A stretch of DNA of 64,000 nucleotides from Tubulanus polymorphus. Its lineage: Eukaryota > Animalia > Nemertea. The translations under genes were made by a program, and so were the position numbers. Under the pieces are notes generated by a model that did not search any database, was not told where the DNA came from, and saw only the letters and a program-made list of their open reading frames with translations. Below, piece after piece: positions 37,871 through 50,910 of the stretch; position 1 is the stretch's first letter, and the number at the start of each line of letters is the position of its first letter. The DNA lies in the NCBI RefSeq assembly GCF_964204645.1, contig NC_134026.1, positions 12,113,950 through 12,177,949 of the forward strand, given 5' to 3'.

Positions 37871-40800
37871 ATCTATCAGGCGATATCTCTAACTCAGAAA
37901 TTTGAGACTAGATTTGCATCAGTCTCGGTCCAAAATCGATTTGCTGGTGTTGATCTTTGCTCGCCTGGCCTTTCTCCGTTTCCATTAAAATACTGGTACA
38001 TTAATCTTTGTCCAATTAAGTTGACTTACTTGCTTGTTTTTTTGTGTTTTTCGTTTTAAAATTTCTTCCGTTTCTCCAAATTTGTTTTTGCCCGGGTTCT
38101 CCACCAAATGCTCGCCGCCTTATTTCAAAGTTCAAAATAAAACAAGCTCGACGACGATCTTCGGGATCTAAAATTTACAGCCGAGTTATCTTGTTGCCAG
38201 ATCCAAAACTAACAAACCGAAAGTTTTCGCGTGTGTGCTCTTTGTGAGATGACGCCCATTAAGAATTATTCATGGGACAGCTTTGTGCAGTCTTTGTCCC
38301 CGTACTGTAATTAAAAAGTGTGACTCATCATGTGACTCATCATCTCAAACACTGCAACCAAAACTAAAACTAAATCCAATGATTAATTTTTTATCACAAG
38401 TTCATTTCCACTTCTTCATTTTAAAAAAGCTCATAACTAAAAAAATTGCCGCCCTCCTCATGTCTAGAAAAGAGGTCTGGGTGATAAACAACGTATCAAC
38501 TTTGAAGGGCCTAAATTATTCAGGAAAATGATATGAAATGTCCAAGTATCGTGGATGAGACCATTACTGAATATTGTGAAGTTAAATTTCCCTCACCTCA
38601 CATTCTCTAACCTGTTGTCTGTTCGCATCTTCTACGGTTGACTGAAAATATGAGATATGCTGTCATCAAATTCTATTGATTAGTGTTCCAGGAGTAATAT
38701 CAACGCTAGAATTCATTTTTTCCATTTTACCTAAATCTTTTTTGGACTTATGTTTATAGTGGACATGAAGAAAATCCTATTTTTTTACAAAGTCTAATTA
38801 TTGAATTATGGTTGTCACTTATGATTCGATTTGCAAGCGGTTTTTGATGAAAAAAGTGTAGAATGTCACCAGAGAGTTAGAAAATTTCTTATTATTATTA
38901 GATAAAAGTTATAAAATTGAAAAATATCTTGAAACTATCAACTATATCAAGTGGGAAAGTCAAAATGCAGCATTTTCACGTTTGCCATCGGATAATATTA
39001 AAACTACTAGACTGTTCTACTTACCTTCATTACAGAAAAAAACTTTCTTTGCCGTCTTAGCCGTTTCTATGTGACCAGACGTGAGCACATAGAATTTATC
39101 TTGAGCGATTGACGAGTGTGATATAAATTGTGCTCTTCCTAATGAGGGAATTGCTGATCACTCTTTTCCCCCTTGGCGTACTCAATAAACTTCTTGAGCA
39201 GGCTAAAAAATGAAGCAATATATAAAGATGTTTCAATAGTTCGTGGTTTACCTTTGTCAGCCATATGATGTTGGCATTGAGCCAATTCAAGTAAAATCCC
39301 GGTACGTTTTTTTATGTGTGCATTTGTTTCATTGGTTCTCGGCTTAAACGACGTATAATCGATGCGATTGAAAACACGGCGAACCTCCGTCGATGACATG
39401 GTCAACTGAGTTAAAATCCTACGAAAAACTGTTTTTGGCGGGAAAATTTTTAGCTCTCGCGTATAAAGTGGCAATGACCTCGATTGGGGGGCGTCGTCTC
39501 TACGAGCGAATGGGATTGGCTGTTTTTGGGATATACGGGGAATTCCGTCGCTCCTAAAATAATTATGGGAAAGCCATAGAATGGCGTACGTTTCATTGGA
39601 CTAGGTGCCGTATACGTGCGAATTTCAAATGCTCATTGCTGGTGAGGATGTAATTATTTCACACATCCGCCATAGGTATTGTTTCATTTTACCGTAATAC
39701 CCGGTGATTGTTTTGATTGACATTGAAGTCTAAGCGAATATTCACTTACACGAGGCTTCCACGTGCGCGCGGAGTGCTACACGACACACACACAAACACA
39801 AGCTCGTACAGTACACTACTAAAGGTGATGCCGTTACGCGTGCACGTTTGACATGATAATAGGCTGAATAATCGTTGCAGAAGATGAGCGCTGTGTTTTC
39901 TGTTCGATAGAATTTGTAATAAATTGTAATTTCCTGTGACCTGAAAATACTAAGCAGCAAACTATAAGGTCTGTCGAGGTCTGAATATTGTAGTGGTTAA
40001 TTTCAGGATTTAAAACGATCTAATAGCCGATTTCTTCTGTACCGGTATTTTAGCTACCGCGGCCAACATTGGAAGAGGTTTCCAAGACCCAATTTTCAGC
40101 CACCCTCTGATATGTGACATCATCATATAAATTTTAGGCCATCCCAAATAATGATCTGTTTACCGTAACCCGACCGACCCGACATCAAAGGTACTCGGTA
40201 CCGAGTGAAAAATCTTTTTTTCTGGGATTCATTGAAATAAATTTTATTTTTGATGAACATCACTGCCGATGTATGAGCGACGTATGTTTGAATCCAAGTG
40301 TGCATCGTGTGAAAACATGCCTTGACATGTGGCCTAATTTAAGTTTTCCAGGAGACTGGCAGTGTTCCAATAAGCTGCCATTCATTCCGCTATTAGACAA
40401 ATTGCCCGTGCACAACGTAGATGATTTTTTGCGATATTGCTTCCATGCGAAAAAGGTGATAAATTTGTTTATTTTTTGCCCAAAAATTTTGCAAAAAAAT
40501 TTCTACCTACCTACCGACTCATCCTGAAAAGTTGAGTCGGTGTTACGGCAAACAGACAATTATTTTGGGATGGCCTTATTTGAATATTTTTTTCATATTG
40601 TGAAACATATTTTTCTGAAAATATAAAATAGTTTCCCTGCTGCGCCTCCCTGTACCCTACAAAATTTTGGACGTGGACCGTAACCAAATGTATATCTTTG
40701 GTCTTATGTGACTGCAAAATAATTATTTAAGAAAGATAAGATAAAATGTAATCTTGTAGAACTTTGAAGTCACGAATTAAAAAGATTTTTCAAGCAATGC

Positions 40801-42709
40801 CCTTACTCCAAACAACCTCTAGCTTTCAAGGTAAACCACACTTTGCCCATGGGCAATTTAATTATAGTTTTCACTAGAAATTCGTTCCCAACAGCTGATA
40901 CAGATTACACAGCGTTTTAACATTGCAATTGGTACAACAGGTTGGCTACAGAATAGGTGGAACGACTTTAAATACGGATTATATGTACAACTTAGACATT
41001 TAAAATTGAAATTTAAAGGGGATAACGTTATCGAAAAATGGGACCAATTCTATTTGCGGAGTAAACACTACGGTTAAGACAGGTTAGCCAAGGTTGACAA
41101 TATACGTGTAGATAGGATATTTATTCCTCTTGAAAAAAAATGATTCTCGATTATCAGAAAATTGGGCCCGTAGGGCCGGGCTGGCAACACAGTCGGGTTC
41201 ATGGAAGATTCACAGTAAACACGAGAAGGTTTAGAATATGTTATATAAACATATATCTGAATATCATTATATATCTCTATATATGTATTGATTGTACACG
41301 TGGGCGTTCAATTAGACGTCATATCTGTGCCAAGAATCAACGAAGAAAATGATATAGCATTCTCTTTGTTATTTGTGTTTTTGATTTAAAAGGATTCTTG
41401 AGAATCGGTATCTTGTGCGTATCGTATATAGGTATGATATGGCCGGGGGCGTTACTTCTTGCGGACAGGAAGGAGAAATATGGAGAATTTGAATTTGCGT
41501 CATATGTGTGATCAATTTAAGGAGCCTTAAAACTAACTTTCCTCTATCACAACGAGCTACCTAATGTTTGAAAGATAGGTGGTACACTTACATATATGTT
41601 CAGATGCGTCGATGGTGTCGGATTTCCACTCCATGGCACCCATAAGAAACCCCTTGAGTTTGTACTAATATATCTTTGATATGCACTTTCAAATGTCGAC
41701 AAAGCTGTTCATCAAAGAACAGATGAACAGGACCAGCTGACGTACGGATGGTCTTGTGTCCCTACTTGCTTCTTCCAGTAATCTTCAAGATATTTTACTA
41801 TAAATTAACTTTTCCTAACTCTTGAAATTAACTCTTGTTCTCAGTTACTGTAACAAAAATTGATTTTTAGCAAGAACAGTTGATAAATTTTACCTTAGTA
41901 CAAAACATATCATTGACCTTCAAAGATATCATAATGTGATCGACGGTAATATCTGCGATGGTCCAGCGCTGGACGGGTTTTGACACGAGACGGCGAAAAT
42001 CAGATAGTTTCGTATCGTACTGAACCGCTGCTGGTCCAGTAGCTCAGCCTTAATATCTCACCTGGTGTTAAAATGTTTTCTGGAAAATAAATACTAATAT
42101 TGAATCATATTAATTGGATCCTGCTATGCTTGTGACATCATGCGGGCTACAGTGAATACAACGTGCGCTGTACACATTGTCAGTGTAGGTTTAATCGGTC
42201 AGTTCAGTGCAGTAACCGGCAAGGTAAACAAGTCTACACTATTTTATCATATAATTCAAACAGGGACAACTAAAACTTTAAACACCATGTGTAGAGTGAG
42301 TCAAGTCACTCGTTTGACTTGTAGTTGAACTAATGCTGTATAGGGGTCGTGGGGGTTGATCACGGCTGCTTAAGAATAAAGCTCTATTGCATGGATTTCC
42401 GTCTTGTTTGCTAGATTGTAAGCGTCATACACCATGTATATCAATTGAAACAAGAGAATCGCGCTAGCTCAAGTAATATATCCCTGAAGTAGTATATCCC
42501 TGATAGTCCACCAGATTACCAATTACAAATTACGTTTAAGTAGTATTCCTATAGCCCACGAGATAAGTATTGAATTCAGCATGTAACCCCTATTGTGTCA
42601 TCACCAACGCCATCTACATGGGTGTCAGACGAACTACATGATGCATTCGATTCTGTCCCACACCGGCTACTTCTCCACAAAATCAAAGTATTAAGATGTA
42701 CATCACTTG

Positions 42710-43052
42710 AGTAATTAGGAAATGGCGTTTTCATACCAGAGGTCGAGAGGTCGAGACACCACTCATCACAGCTAGGCTCTAGTGAGATCGGACGATTGCT
42801 CTGTGATACACATATACAGTGAGTGCTCGTAACAACAACTGCGCGTGGATAGATCGATACAGTGAGTCGCTACTGAGAACGGTTATTAACGCGTGTGCTA
42901 TTACTGTAGTACAGTGACTGCGTGTCAGCGGTGCTGGGATAAATAGATGCTGTGAAGCTTGGGTGAGAACGGTTAATAGCGTGCTTGTTATATACAAGGG
43001 GAAGTAATCCCCACTCATCACCACAAGTAATTTTTTTTCCTTATAAATGGGA
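42710..43052 (+). repeat. Left TIR, containing a ~250-bp segment absent from the right TIR
   Basis: 42710-42769 and 43011-43052 match the reverse complement of 60030-60120. CCACTCATCAC is duplicated around the extra segment. Confidence 0.9.
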
Positions 43053-43433
43053 GATAGAAAAGCATTCTTAGCAACAATAAATAACAGAATAAAACCAGCA
43101 AAAAAAACAATTTGAAATAAAAAAGTTAGTTGATGTTACAAACGAAATTGAACATAAAATATTGAAATTAGAAAAGGTTAAAACTAAATATGGAGAGAAA
43201 TTGAACATAAAATATTGAAATTAGAAAAGGTTAAAACTAAATATGGAGAGAAAGTATCAGCTAATTTGAGCTACTGTAATGTTAGTACATCGCGAGAATT
43301 TAAAGTATTTTTACCTGATAAATGGGTTTCATTGAGTACAGAGGAATTAAAAGATTTAGAAGGATTTAAAATAATCTATCATGGAAAAAATGAAGATGGC
43401 CATCATGATTTAGAAATTATTGATTACATTTAA
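43047..43433 (+). pseudogene. Small protein (possible OB-fold ssDNA-binding), disrupted by a 53-bp tandem duplication
   Basis: TAAATG start and VKTKYGEKV..FKVFLP motif. Duplicated units start at 43144 and 43197. The fold assignment is inference. Confidence 0.5.
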
Positions 43434-43531
43434 AAAAATAAATTAATAAAAATAATGAATATCTAGAATCCGAAATGACTTATCTGGACAATTTAATTGC
43501 TCCGCATAGATAGACAAAAGTAGTGAGATAT

Positions 43532-43930
43532 TCAATTAATTAAAAAAAAATTATTTTTTTGCTTTTTTTCTAAAATATTAATCCATTTTTTTATTATCAA
43601 TTTTGGAATTTCAGAAGTATTTTCATTTTTGATAGCAGTTGTTTCAGAATTATTAATATCATGAATTTTATTTGATTTCTTATACCAATTACACCCAATC
43701 AAAATGAATACAATTACAAATCCAACTGTGAAATATAGACATTTATCAAATATTCTATTATTAGAAGGAGTAGAAATAACAATATTTTCACCATTTTTAT
43801 TAACATTTTTATTACTTATTTTTTCTTTTACAGCTTTTTTATATTCTTGTGATTTAATTCCTAATTGCCGAGACCATTCAATTTGTTTCTGTGATCTCGG
43901 TTTTTTCTTCACTTCTTCCACCTTGTTCAT
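43532..43930 (-). CDS. Hypothetical membrane protein
   Basis: TAAATG start, basic N-terminus and TM segment LYFTVGFVIVFILIG. Confidence 0.65.
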   Translation of the reverse strand: MNKVEEVKKKPRSQKQIEWSRQLGIKSQEYKKAVKEKISNKNVNKNGENIVISTPSNNRIFDKCLYFTVGFVIVFILIGCNWYKKSNKIHDINNSETTAIKNENTSEIPKLIIKKWINILEKKQKNNFFLIN

Positions 43931-44468
43931 TTATTATAGAAATATTTTTACTTTCAATATTTGAAAATGTTATAACTCCAGTTGATAATAATGTCATAAA
44001 TCCACCTAATTGAAATGATAAATATCCAATCCATTTATTTAATTCGGTCATAACTGAATAATCATTTTTTAAATCAGCATATAATCTATTTTCATCTTGA
44101 ATTGGCAGCATATAATTACATAATTTACTATAACCTTTTACTACATTTTCTGATATCGCGTCATTAATTCTAGCTGTTCTCGCGGTTTCATAAATCTTAA
44201 ATAATCTAATAATTTCATCTGATTTCATTGTATCTAATTCATTATAAGTTAAATTTTTACCGATAAAATTTTTACATTTTCCAGATGCTATTAATATTTC
44301 TAATTGATGTTTACAATAAAGATAATATTCATAATTATTATTTGTTGTAACATTATTTAAAGCACCATCGTTTGGAGTTAATTTTGTTTCTGTTATTCCT
44401 AAATCATCTAAAGTTTTTTCAATTGGAACATCACCATTTTTAGATTTTATTTTCTTTTCTCCTCCCAT
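43878..44468 (-). CDS. Hypothetical Polinton protein
   Basis: 196-aa ORF with T-run/TAAATG start. The 3' overlap with the next gene suggests a terminal frameshift. Confidence 0.65.
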   Translation of the reverse strand: MGGEKKIKSKNGDVPIEKTLDDLGITETKLTPNDGALNNVTTNNNYEYYLYCKHQLEILIASGKCKNFIGKNLTYNELDTMKSDEIIRLFKIYETARTARINDAISENVVKGYSKLCNYMLPIQDENRLYADLKNDYSVMTELNKWIGYLSFQLGGFMTLLSTGVITFSNIESKNISIINEQGGRSEEKTEITETN

Positions 44469-44675
44469 TTATATAACAAAAAAATCAGTTGTGATGTTGC
44501 AACTAGAATTTAACTAGAATGTAACTAAAAATCAACTAGATTAACAAACTAGTTGAATTATTATTGTTTTTATTTATTTCTTGTTAAATCTAGTTGATTT
44601 TTGTTCCAACTACCAATAACTAGAATTCAACTAGAATGTAACTAAAAATATACTAGATTAACAAGTTAGTTGAAT

Positions 44676-45252
44676 TTAAATAAATTCATAATTAAATGGG
44701 TGTTGTAATCTAAATAGTAATTTTGATCTTTTATTATTTTTCAATTTATCCATATATTCATTATGTAAATCATGTGGAATAATATCATTTTCCCCAAGTT
44801 CATTTTTCATCGATTTTCTATCTTTATTGTAGAATAAAACTAGAAATCTTATATTGTCCCTAATGTTATCCCGAAATGTCTACCAGAAAAAGCTAAATAA
44901 CATGACTCACTCTCTCTCTCACTGACTCAATTTTTGAATCATGTAAATTTGCACAATCATCTATAATGAATAATGTATTTGATCCTTTATAAATATCTAT
45001 TGCTATTTTGATACAATTATCTAAATTTTCTTTTACTGTTTTAGGATCTAATATAATAAATTTATTATTTCTAGTAATATTTCTATCATAAGTTTGATTA
45101 AATTCATATGTTGGACAAAATAATACTATATTATCAAAATAGTTTTTATAAACAGTTTCTAATAAATTTAATATAAAATAAGTTTTTCCACAATTTGTTA
45201 CGCCAGAAATTAACATATTATGAGGCTCAAATATAAATAATTCCTTATTCAT
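44676..45252 (-). pseudogene. A32/FtsK-like genome-packaging ATPase, disrupted
   Basis: Walker A ISGVTNCGKT and Walker B LFIIDD. The C-terminus IRDNIRFLVLFY...NYEFI* follows a lesion near 44890. Confidence 0.88.
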
Positions 45253-46380
45253 TTATATATTTTTAATTTTACTTGATAATATCCATTCATTGAATTTATC
45301 TGGCCATCCAACCCATTTTACTAAAGAATATTTTTTTCTTTTAATAGTTTTTGTTTTTAATACTTTTTCAATTTTATATTCTTGTTCTAAATTGTCAGTA
45401 GTTAAACTTAATTCTTCTTCGTAAAAGTAGCCATCAACTTCTTCACCACCTAAATCTTCTAATTTATAGACATATGGTTTTGTTGTTATTACCTTTTTTA
45501 TTTTATATATTTCCCTAGTAAAATTTCGATCGTATCCTTTGTCAAATATCTTTTTATACTTAGAAATTCTAACATTTTGACCAACTTTAAATTTAGGTTC
45601 ACCAAAATCATCTACAAGAAATGCTCCATTTAAATTATTTCAAACAATTTCAGCATTTTCAGGTTTTCTAGCATCAATAGGTTTCATTCCAATAGAAGAA
45701 TGATAAGAATTATTATATCCTTCTATCAATTTTGGTAAAACATCAATCCATTTAAAAGTATTATTTGCTGTAAAGTATTTCCACATTCTTGTTCTTAATG
45801 TTCTATTAAATCGTTCAACAACTGCTGCTTTTTATCCGATTTTGTTGAAAAATATTTAATATTATGATTATCTAAGAGTTCATGAACAAGTGAATTATCA
45901 AATTCTTTTCCATCATCAAATTTTATTTTTTCTGGTTTTATTTTATCATCCGAAAGAAATTTTCTTAAAACATTTGATGTTTGTGCAGCATCTTTTCTGT
46001 AAAGTGGGAAGCTCCATACATAACGACTAAAAATATCAATTATATTCAATATCCACCAATAATCATCATTATCTTTCTTAACATTTTTCGTATCAATTAA
46101 ATCTCCTTGCCACTGTTGATCTACATAACTTACCATAGTTTTACGAGTTTTATATTTTCTAACAATTTTTTTATGTGTTGTGTATGTTGGTTGTTCTAAC
46201 ATAAATTCATTTATATATTTATATTTAACTAAATCTTGTGGGATTATCTTATCTAATTTATCTTGTTTTACTTGACGCCATATATTTTTGGTAGAAGAAT
46301 AAGCAACCGAACTCTCAGGGTTGTAATATAAATTTCTTAAATATTGTTCTTTAGTATTAGGAGTTTTTTTTACCACCCAT
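45253..46380 (-). pseudogene. Retroviral-like (rve) integrase with C-terminal chromodomain, frameshifted
   Basis: QWQGDLID, IIDIFSRY, KFDDGKEF, AAVVERFNRT and chromodomain YKIEKVL..LVKWVGWPDKFNEWI. Frameshifts at about 46370 and 45830. Confidence 0.92.
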
Positions 46381-46410
46381 TTATATATCGTTAATTTTAA
46401 CTTTATATTT

Positions 46411-47652
46411 CTAATATTGAATACTATTTAATTGAGAATTTACAATATTTAATTGCGCGTCAGATATAATATAAATATGCATTTTAAAATTTAAGCTTCC
46501 TTTTTTCTTTTTCATGAATAATTGTATTCCGTCTTTAGTGTTCTGTAGTTTTTTCCCAGAACCATGTAATGAATTATCCTCTGTTGTTCTAAAATCTAAT
46601 CATAATGCATATTTATTGCCGGTATAATAATCAATTTGATTAATATTACAATTTTCAGATGATTTTACTTTTTCATTCATAAAATGTTTTCTAATTTCTG
46701 GCCATTGATCAATCATTCTCATTCCTTGACAAAATATTTCATTTGGTATTCCTTCGAAAGTTATTTCTACTTTTGTTATTTCAGGATTATAATAATTATC
46801 TACCTTTATTGCGCCATTAGAATATGTTGCAATGGTGAAAAATATTAATAAACTTTTAATAGATCTTCTTGGGAAGTTAATATTCTCATTAATTATTTCA
46901 TCATTTGCATTAATAGTTATAGTTTGAAATTTATCAATATAATCATATAATAATGAAAATGCTTGATTGTATTGAGTTTGAATTGTGTTAGCAATATTTT
47001 CATTAGTTACTGTGTTATATTCTAAACATATATTCGATAATTTATAACCCATATCTTTAACAACGCTAGATAATACAATTTCATTTACAAATATTATCTC
47101 AAATATAATATCTTCTTGAATTACATATTTATATAAAGGTGCATTATTATTTATCAATTCAAAGTCTAATGGAATTTTATATTTGCTTCCATAAATCTTT
47201 TTAATCAAATTATCTACGCCATTAGCTACTACTGCATTATTGGCTTCAGATCTTAATTTATTTTGGTTTTCCGATTGAATGCCTTGAAATATCATATTAT
47301 TTCTATTTTCTTTAGTTAACCATAAATCTTTATAATGCATAAATAAATTATAATCATCTAATGAGAAAACTGTTTCTGGACCAATCTTTATAGTTAATTT
47401 TTTAATCAAATATCTTCCAACATTATCAACAACATAATTATTATTATTACCAGTTACTTTTATATCGGCTGATAAATAAATACTATTTGGAACATAAAAA
47501 GTATTTTGTGTTAATCTAGGAATTCTAACATATAAAGTTTCATCGGGATTAATATTTGAAGGATTATGAGTAATTATATGATGTGATCTTTCTGCTTTAA
47601 TAGCATTAGATATTCTAGAAATCTTAGAAGGACTTATATAACTCCCACTCAT
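46411..47652 (-). pseudogene. Major capsid protein (double jelly-roll type) with one premature stop
   Basis: HNPSNINPDETLYVRIPRL and VVDNVGRYLIKKL. The frame continues past TGA at 46600 as LDFRTTEDNSLHGSG..HIYIISDAQLNI, giving about 413 aa. Confidence 0.8.
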
Positions 47653-47672
47653 TTATTTAACAAAAAAATTAA

Positions 47673-49116
47673 TTATTTATTTTTTATTATTTTTTCTTGA
47701 TATCTTTTTGATATCATATTCACTAACCCAAAAATAATAGCACTTACAAGTGTAATTAAAAATAAAATAATATGTTCAGCAGCAAAGTTAAGAATATTAC
47801 CTGCAGATTTCAATATAAAACCAACAATTGATGCAATAATTCCTGGTAAAGCTGCAGCAGATTTTTTAGATAGTTCCCATAAATATTTTGCTAATTTCTT
47901 TAAACCATCCTTAACTTTATATTTTATAGAATTATTATCATTCGGGGGTTTTTCCGGTTTATTGGGAGTAGGAGTAGATTTCAAAGAATTTGATATTGCT
48001 AAACCAATTGTTGTAAATAACATAGTTACAGCTGTTAGAATTGAAAGAATTGTTATTCCTTCTAATTTAAATAATAACTTTATTCTATCTTTTAATGATA
48101 TTTCAGAATTTGGTTTAATCAACAAATCTTTAAAAATAACTTAATAATCTATTAATATTATAATCATATGATTTTAATAATAATTAAATTTCTTCTTTCT
48201 GTACTTCTAAATTATCTTTTAAATTATTAATTTCTTTTTCTAATCGTAATTCTTTTTGCCTATATTCTATTTCATCAATTACTTGATGATCTAAATCAGA
48301 CTTTTATTGTTCTATTTCTTTATCTTTATCAGTTAATTCTTTTTCTAAAAATCTAATTTTAAAATCTCTTATGCTTCATTTCTTATACTAATAATTTCTC
48401 TAATTGCTTTATCAGAAATTATATTTAAATCTTCTAATTGTTGATCTGTTGCATCAATTAATCCATTCGGTAAAAGTTTTTCAATTGGAACTTTATTTGA
48501 TTTAAGTTTACTAGTTTTGGAAGTTATATTCTGTTCAGAAGTTGTTTCTGTTTCTGATTTCTTTTTGATTATTTCAAATAATTCATTAATTCTTTGTTTA
48601 AATACGTCTATATCATTACCAGTTAATTCTTGTTTTATAACAGCAGTTATTACATTACTATTGCTAATTCTTTTAATTCTATCTGGATCTAAATCACTCA
48701 AAGTTGATTTTGTTAATATTTTATTTTTATTATTTTTATAAGTGATATCAATATAATAATCACCTTTCAAATGATAATACCATTATTTTACCATTATCTA
48801 AAAATTTTAATTGATCTGCTAAAGGTCCAACGTCTTCATCATTTATGTTAAGTTTAGAATTTTCAATTATACGTTCTAATTTAGGTATTTTGTTTAAATT
48901 ATCTAAATCTTGTTTTACTAAATCTGGGTCTAAATTTTCAGGATTTAATTGTGATTCTGCATTTTTAATATAATCAGGCATATTCAAATTATTATTATAT
49001 TCTGGCTCATTACCGTCATTAAAACTTGTTTCACTAAAATCAGGCGGTTGTTCATCAGTTATGCCAGGTTCATCAAAATTATCCATTCCAATATCTTCTC
49101 CACCTTCTACATCCAT
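47673..49116 (-). pseudogene. Coiled-coil protein with hydrophobic/amphipathic C-terminus, split over several frames
   Basis: Single TAAATG start at 49116 and consecutive ORF pieces. C-terminus LFKLEGITILSIL...AAALPGIIASIVGFIL..FAAEH. Confidence 0.65.
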
Positions 49117-49132
49117 TTATATAATAAAAAAA

Positions 49133-49882
49133 TTAAAATTTAAAATATAATATTCCTCCTATAACAATTCCTATACAAGTTAAAGCTAATTTAGTATTTT
49201 CATGGGATTTATTATCATCATTTAGTTTAATTATTTCATGTTGAATATTATCAGTTTTTATATCTTCTGATGTATTGTAATCTTTTATTTTAGAATCATT
49301 ATTTAATTTAATATTATTAGTTTTAGTTTCTGTTGATTGAATGTGTTTTTTATTTTTTTCACCTTCCATTAATTTTGGAGCAGTAATAATCTTTTTATTT
49401 ATATCATTCAATCCAAATGAATTATTTATTGTTGCAGTTTTAATTAGATTATTGTAACCAATTATGTTTCCCATCTTTAATACTAAATCATTAGAAATAA
49501 TTAATAGATTAGGGCCTATACAATAATTTAATCTAATATGTGATTTATCTAAATAATTTTGATATCTTACAATGTTTTCTGGAATCGATCTATTTTTATC
49601 ATTATGAATTGAATCTTCAAATAATACTTTAAATTGTTTCTGCGCATCGAATGAGGTGTTATCATTTCCAATTATTGGTGATCTTGTTTCAACTTGCGCA
49701 CCTAAAATACATATCAAATAAGTTCTAATTGATTGATTTATTCTTTGTATTCCAGCTTTAGTAAAACCTTCACTATTTTCTAAAATGAAATTAACCCAAC
49801 CATTATTGTTTTGTTGTTGTATATTATTATAATATTTTGGTAATTCATTCCAATTTAGTGTTCTTATATCTGAATTTGTCAT
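49133..49882 (-). CDS. Hypothetical Polinton protein with C-terminal TM anchor, possibly one gene with 49882-50457
   Basis: 249-aa ORF with GFTKAGIQRINQSIRTY motif. Start overlaps the upstream stop (TAATG). Confidence 0.65.
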   Translation of the reverse strand: MTNSDIRTLNWNELPKYYNNIQQQNNNGWVNFILENSEGFTKAGIQRINQSIRTYLICILGAQVETRSPIIGNDNTSFDAQKQFKVLFEDSIHNDKNRSIPENIVRYQNYLDKSHIRLNYCIGPNLLIISNDLVLKMGNIIGYNNLIKTATINNSFGLNDINKKIITAPKLMEGEKNKKHIQSTETKTNNIKLNNDSKIKDYNTSEDIKTDNIQHEIIKLNDDNKSHENTKLALTCIGIVIGGILYFKF

Positions 49883-50457
49883 TATTTTTCAAATTCTTTA
49901 GTATATAATATTCCTAATCCACCCATTGTTCCAATTTTTGCTCTAAAATCTTTATTTGAATTAATATTAAATTCATTACATATTTTATAAAACTTAGAAA
50001 AATTAATATTATTATTTAGTTCTTTAAAATATTTTGAACCTGGTAAAGGACATTCTAATTCATCTAATATTAATTTTATTTGAAAATATGTATGAAATCT
50101 AAAAAGTGATAACATCAATGGTAAACTTGGTTTATTCAAATGATCATTCCAACTTATTCCACATCCTGTTGTTGCGCAATAAACAGCAAAATTTAATTGG
50201 TTCTGCCAATACTTCATATTAGATTTTAATAACCATTGTTTTGCCTCATTTAAATTTTTAAAATTAATTGTATACACATGAAATATATTTTCCATCTTTA
50301 CATGAAAATTATTACTTTCAGTAACATAAATATATAAATCAATTAATGAATTTAAAACTTCATTTCTATATGTAATATCTTTATTAAAATCTATTGCTGG
50401 AATATTATATTTAATTGATTTATTGTATTGGAAAGCTGTTGGAAAACTATCTACCAT
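49882..50457 (-). CDS. Hypothetical Polinton protein
   Basis: T-run/TAAATG start and motif WQNQLNFAVYCATTGCGIS..FRFHTYFQ. Confidence 0.65.
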   Translation of the reverse strand: MVDSFPTAFQYNKSIKYNIPAIDFNKDITYRNEVLNSLIDLYIYVTESNNFHVKMENIFHVYTINFKNLNEAKQWLLKSNMKYWQNQLNFAVYCATTGCGISWNDHLNKPSLPLMLSLFRFHTYFQIKLILDELECPLPGSKYFKELNNNINFSKFYKICNEFNINSNKDFRAKIGTMGGLGILYTKEFEK

Positions 50458-50472
50458 TTATATAATAAAAAA

Positions 50473-50891
50473 TTAATTCTTTTAATAATTTATCTTGTTC
50501 TTCAACTGTTATATGGCCATTTAAACTTATTATATAATCTAGTGTATTCTTTAATTTATTAATTTCTTTTATATTAGTTTTAATTTTTTCTTCATTACTT
50601 TTTATATTTAATTTTGAACTTATACCAGTTAAAACACTTGAACTTAATCCTAATACGCCAATTGATAAAGCTAAAGGTGTTAATGGACTGAATATTGCTA
50701 GAAATGTTATAACAGAACTAATTGTAACCGAACCACTAATAATAAAATAATATATAATTTTAGATTTTAAATATTTTTTCTTTTTAACTTTTAAATCATT
50801 TTCAAATTATAATATTTGTTTCTCTAAATATGTTTTTAATTTTATTTATATCATGAGGAATGATATCAATATTATCAACTTTATCTTCCAT
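50473..50891 (-). pseudogene. Small two-TM protein, frameshifted
   Basis: T-run/TAAATG start MEDKVDNID and hydrophobic IIYYFIISGSVTISSVITFLAIFSPLTPLALSIGVLGLSS. Confidence 0.5.
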
Positions 50892-50910
50892 TTATTTAGA
50901 AAAAAAATTA

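Noticed and set aside
42704-42709. 6-bp Polinton target-site duplication
   Set aside because: CACTTG versus CTGATG matches at only 3 of 6 positions.
45820-46380. Programmed frameshifting in the integrase and other Polinton genes
   Set aside because: Shifts are numerous and mostly in homopolymer runs, consistent with decay or read errors.
46598-46604. TGA=Trp recoding or readthrough in the Polinton capsid gene
   Set aside because: TGG is used for Trp throughout, and neighbouring genes carry many ordinary lesions. A TGG>TGA mutation or sequencing error is simpler.
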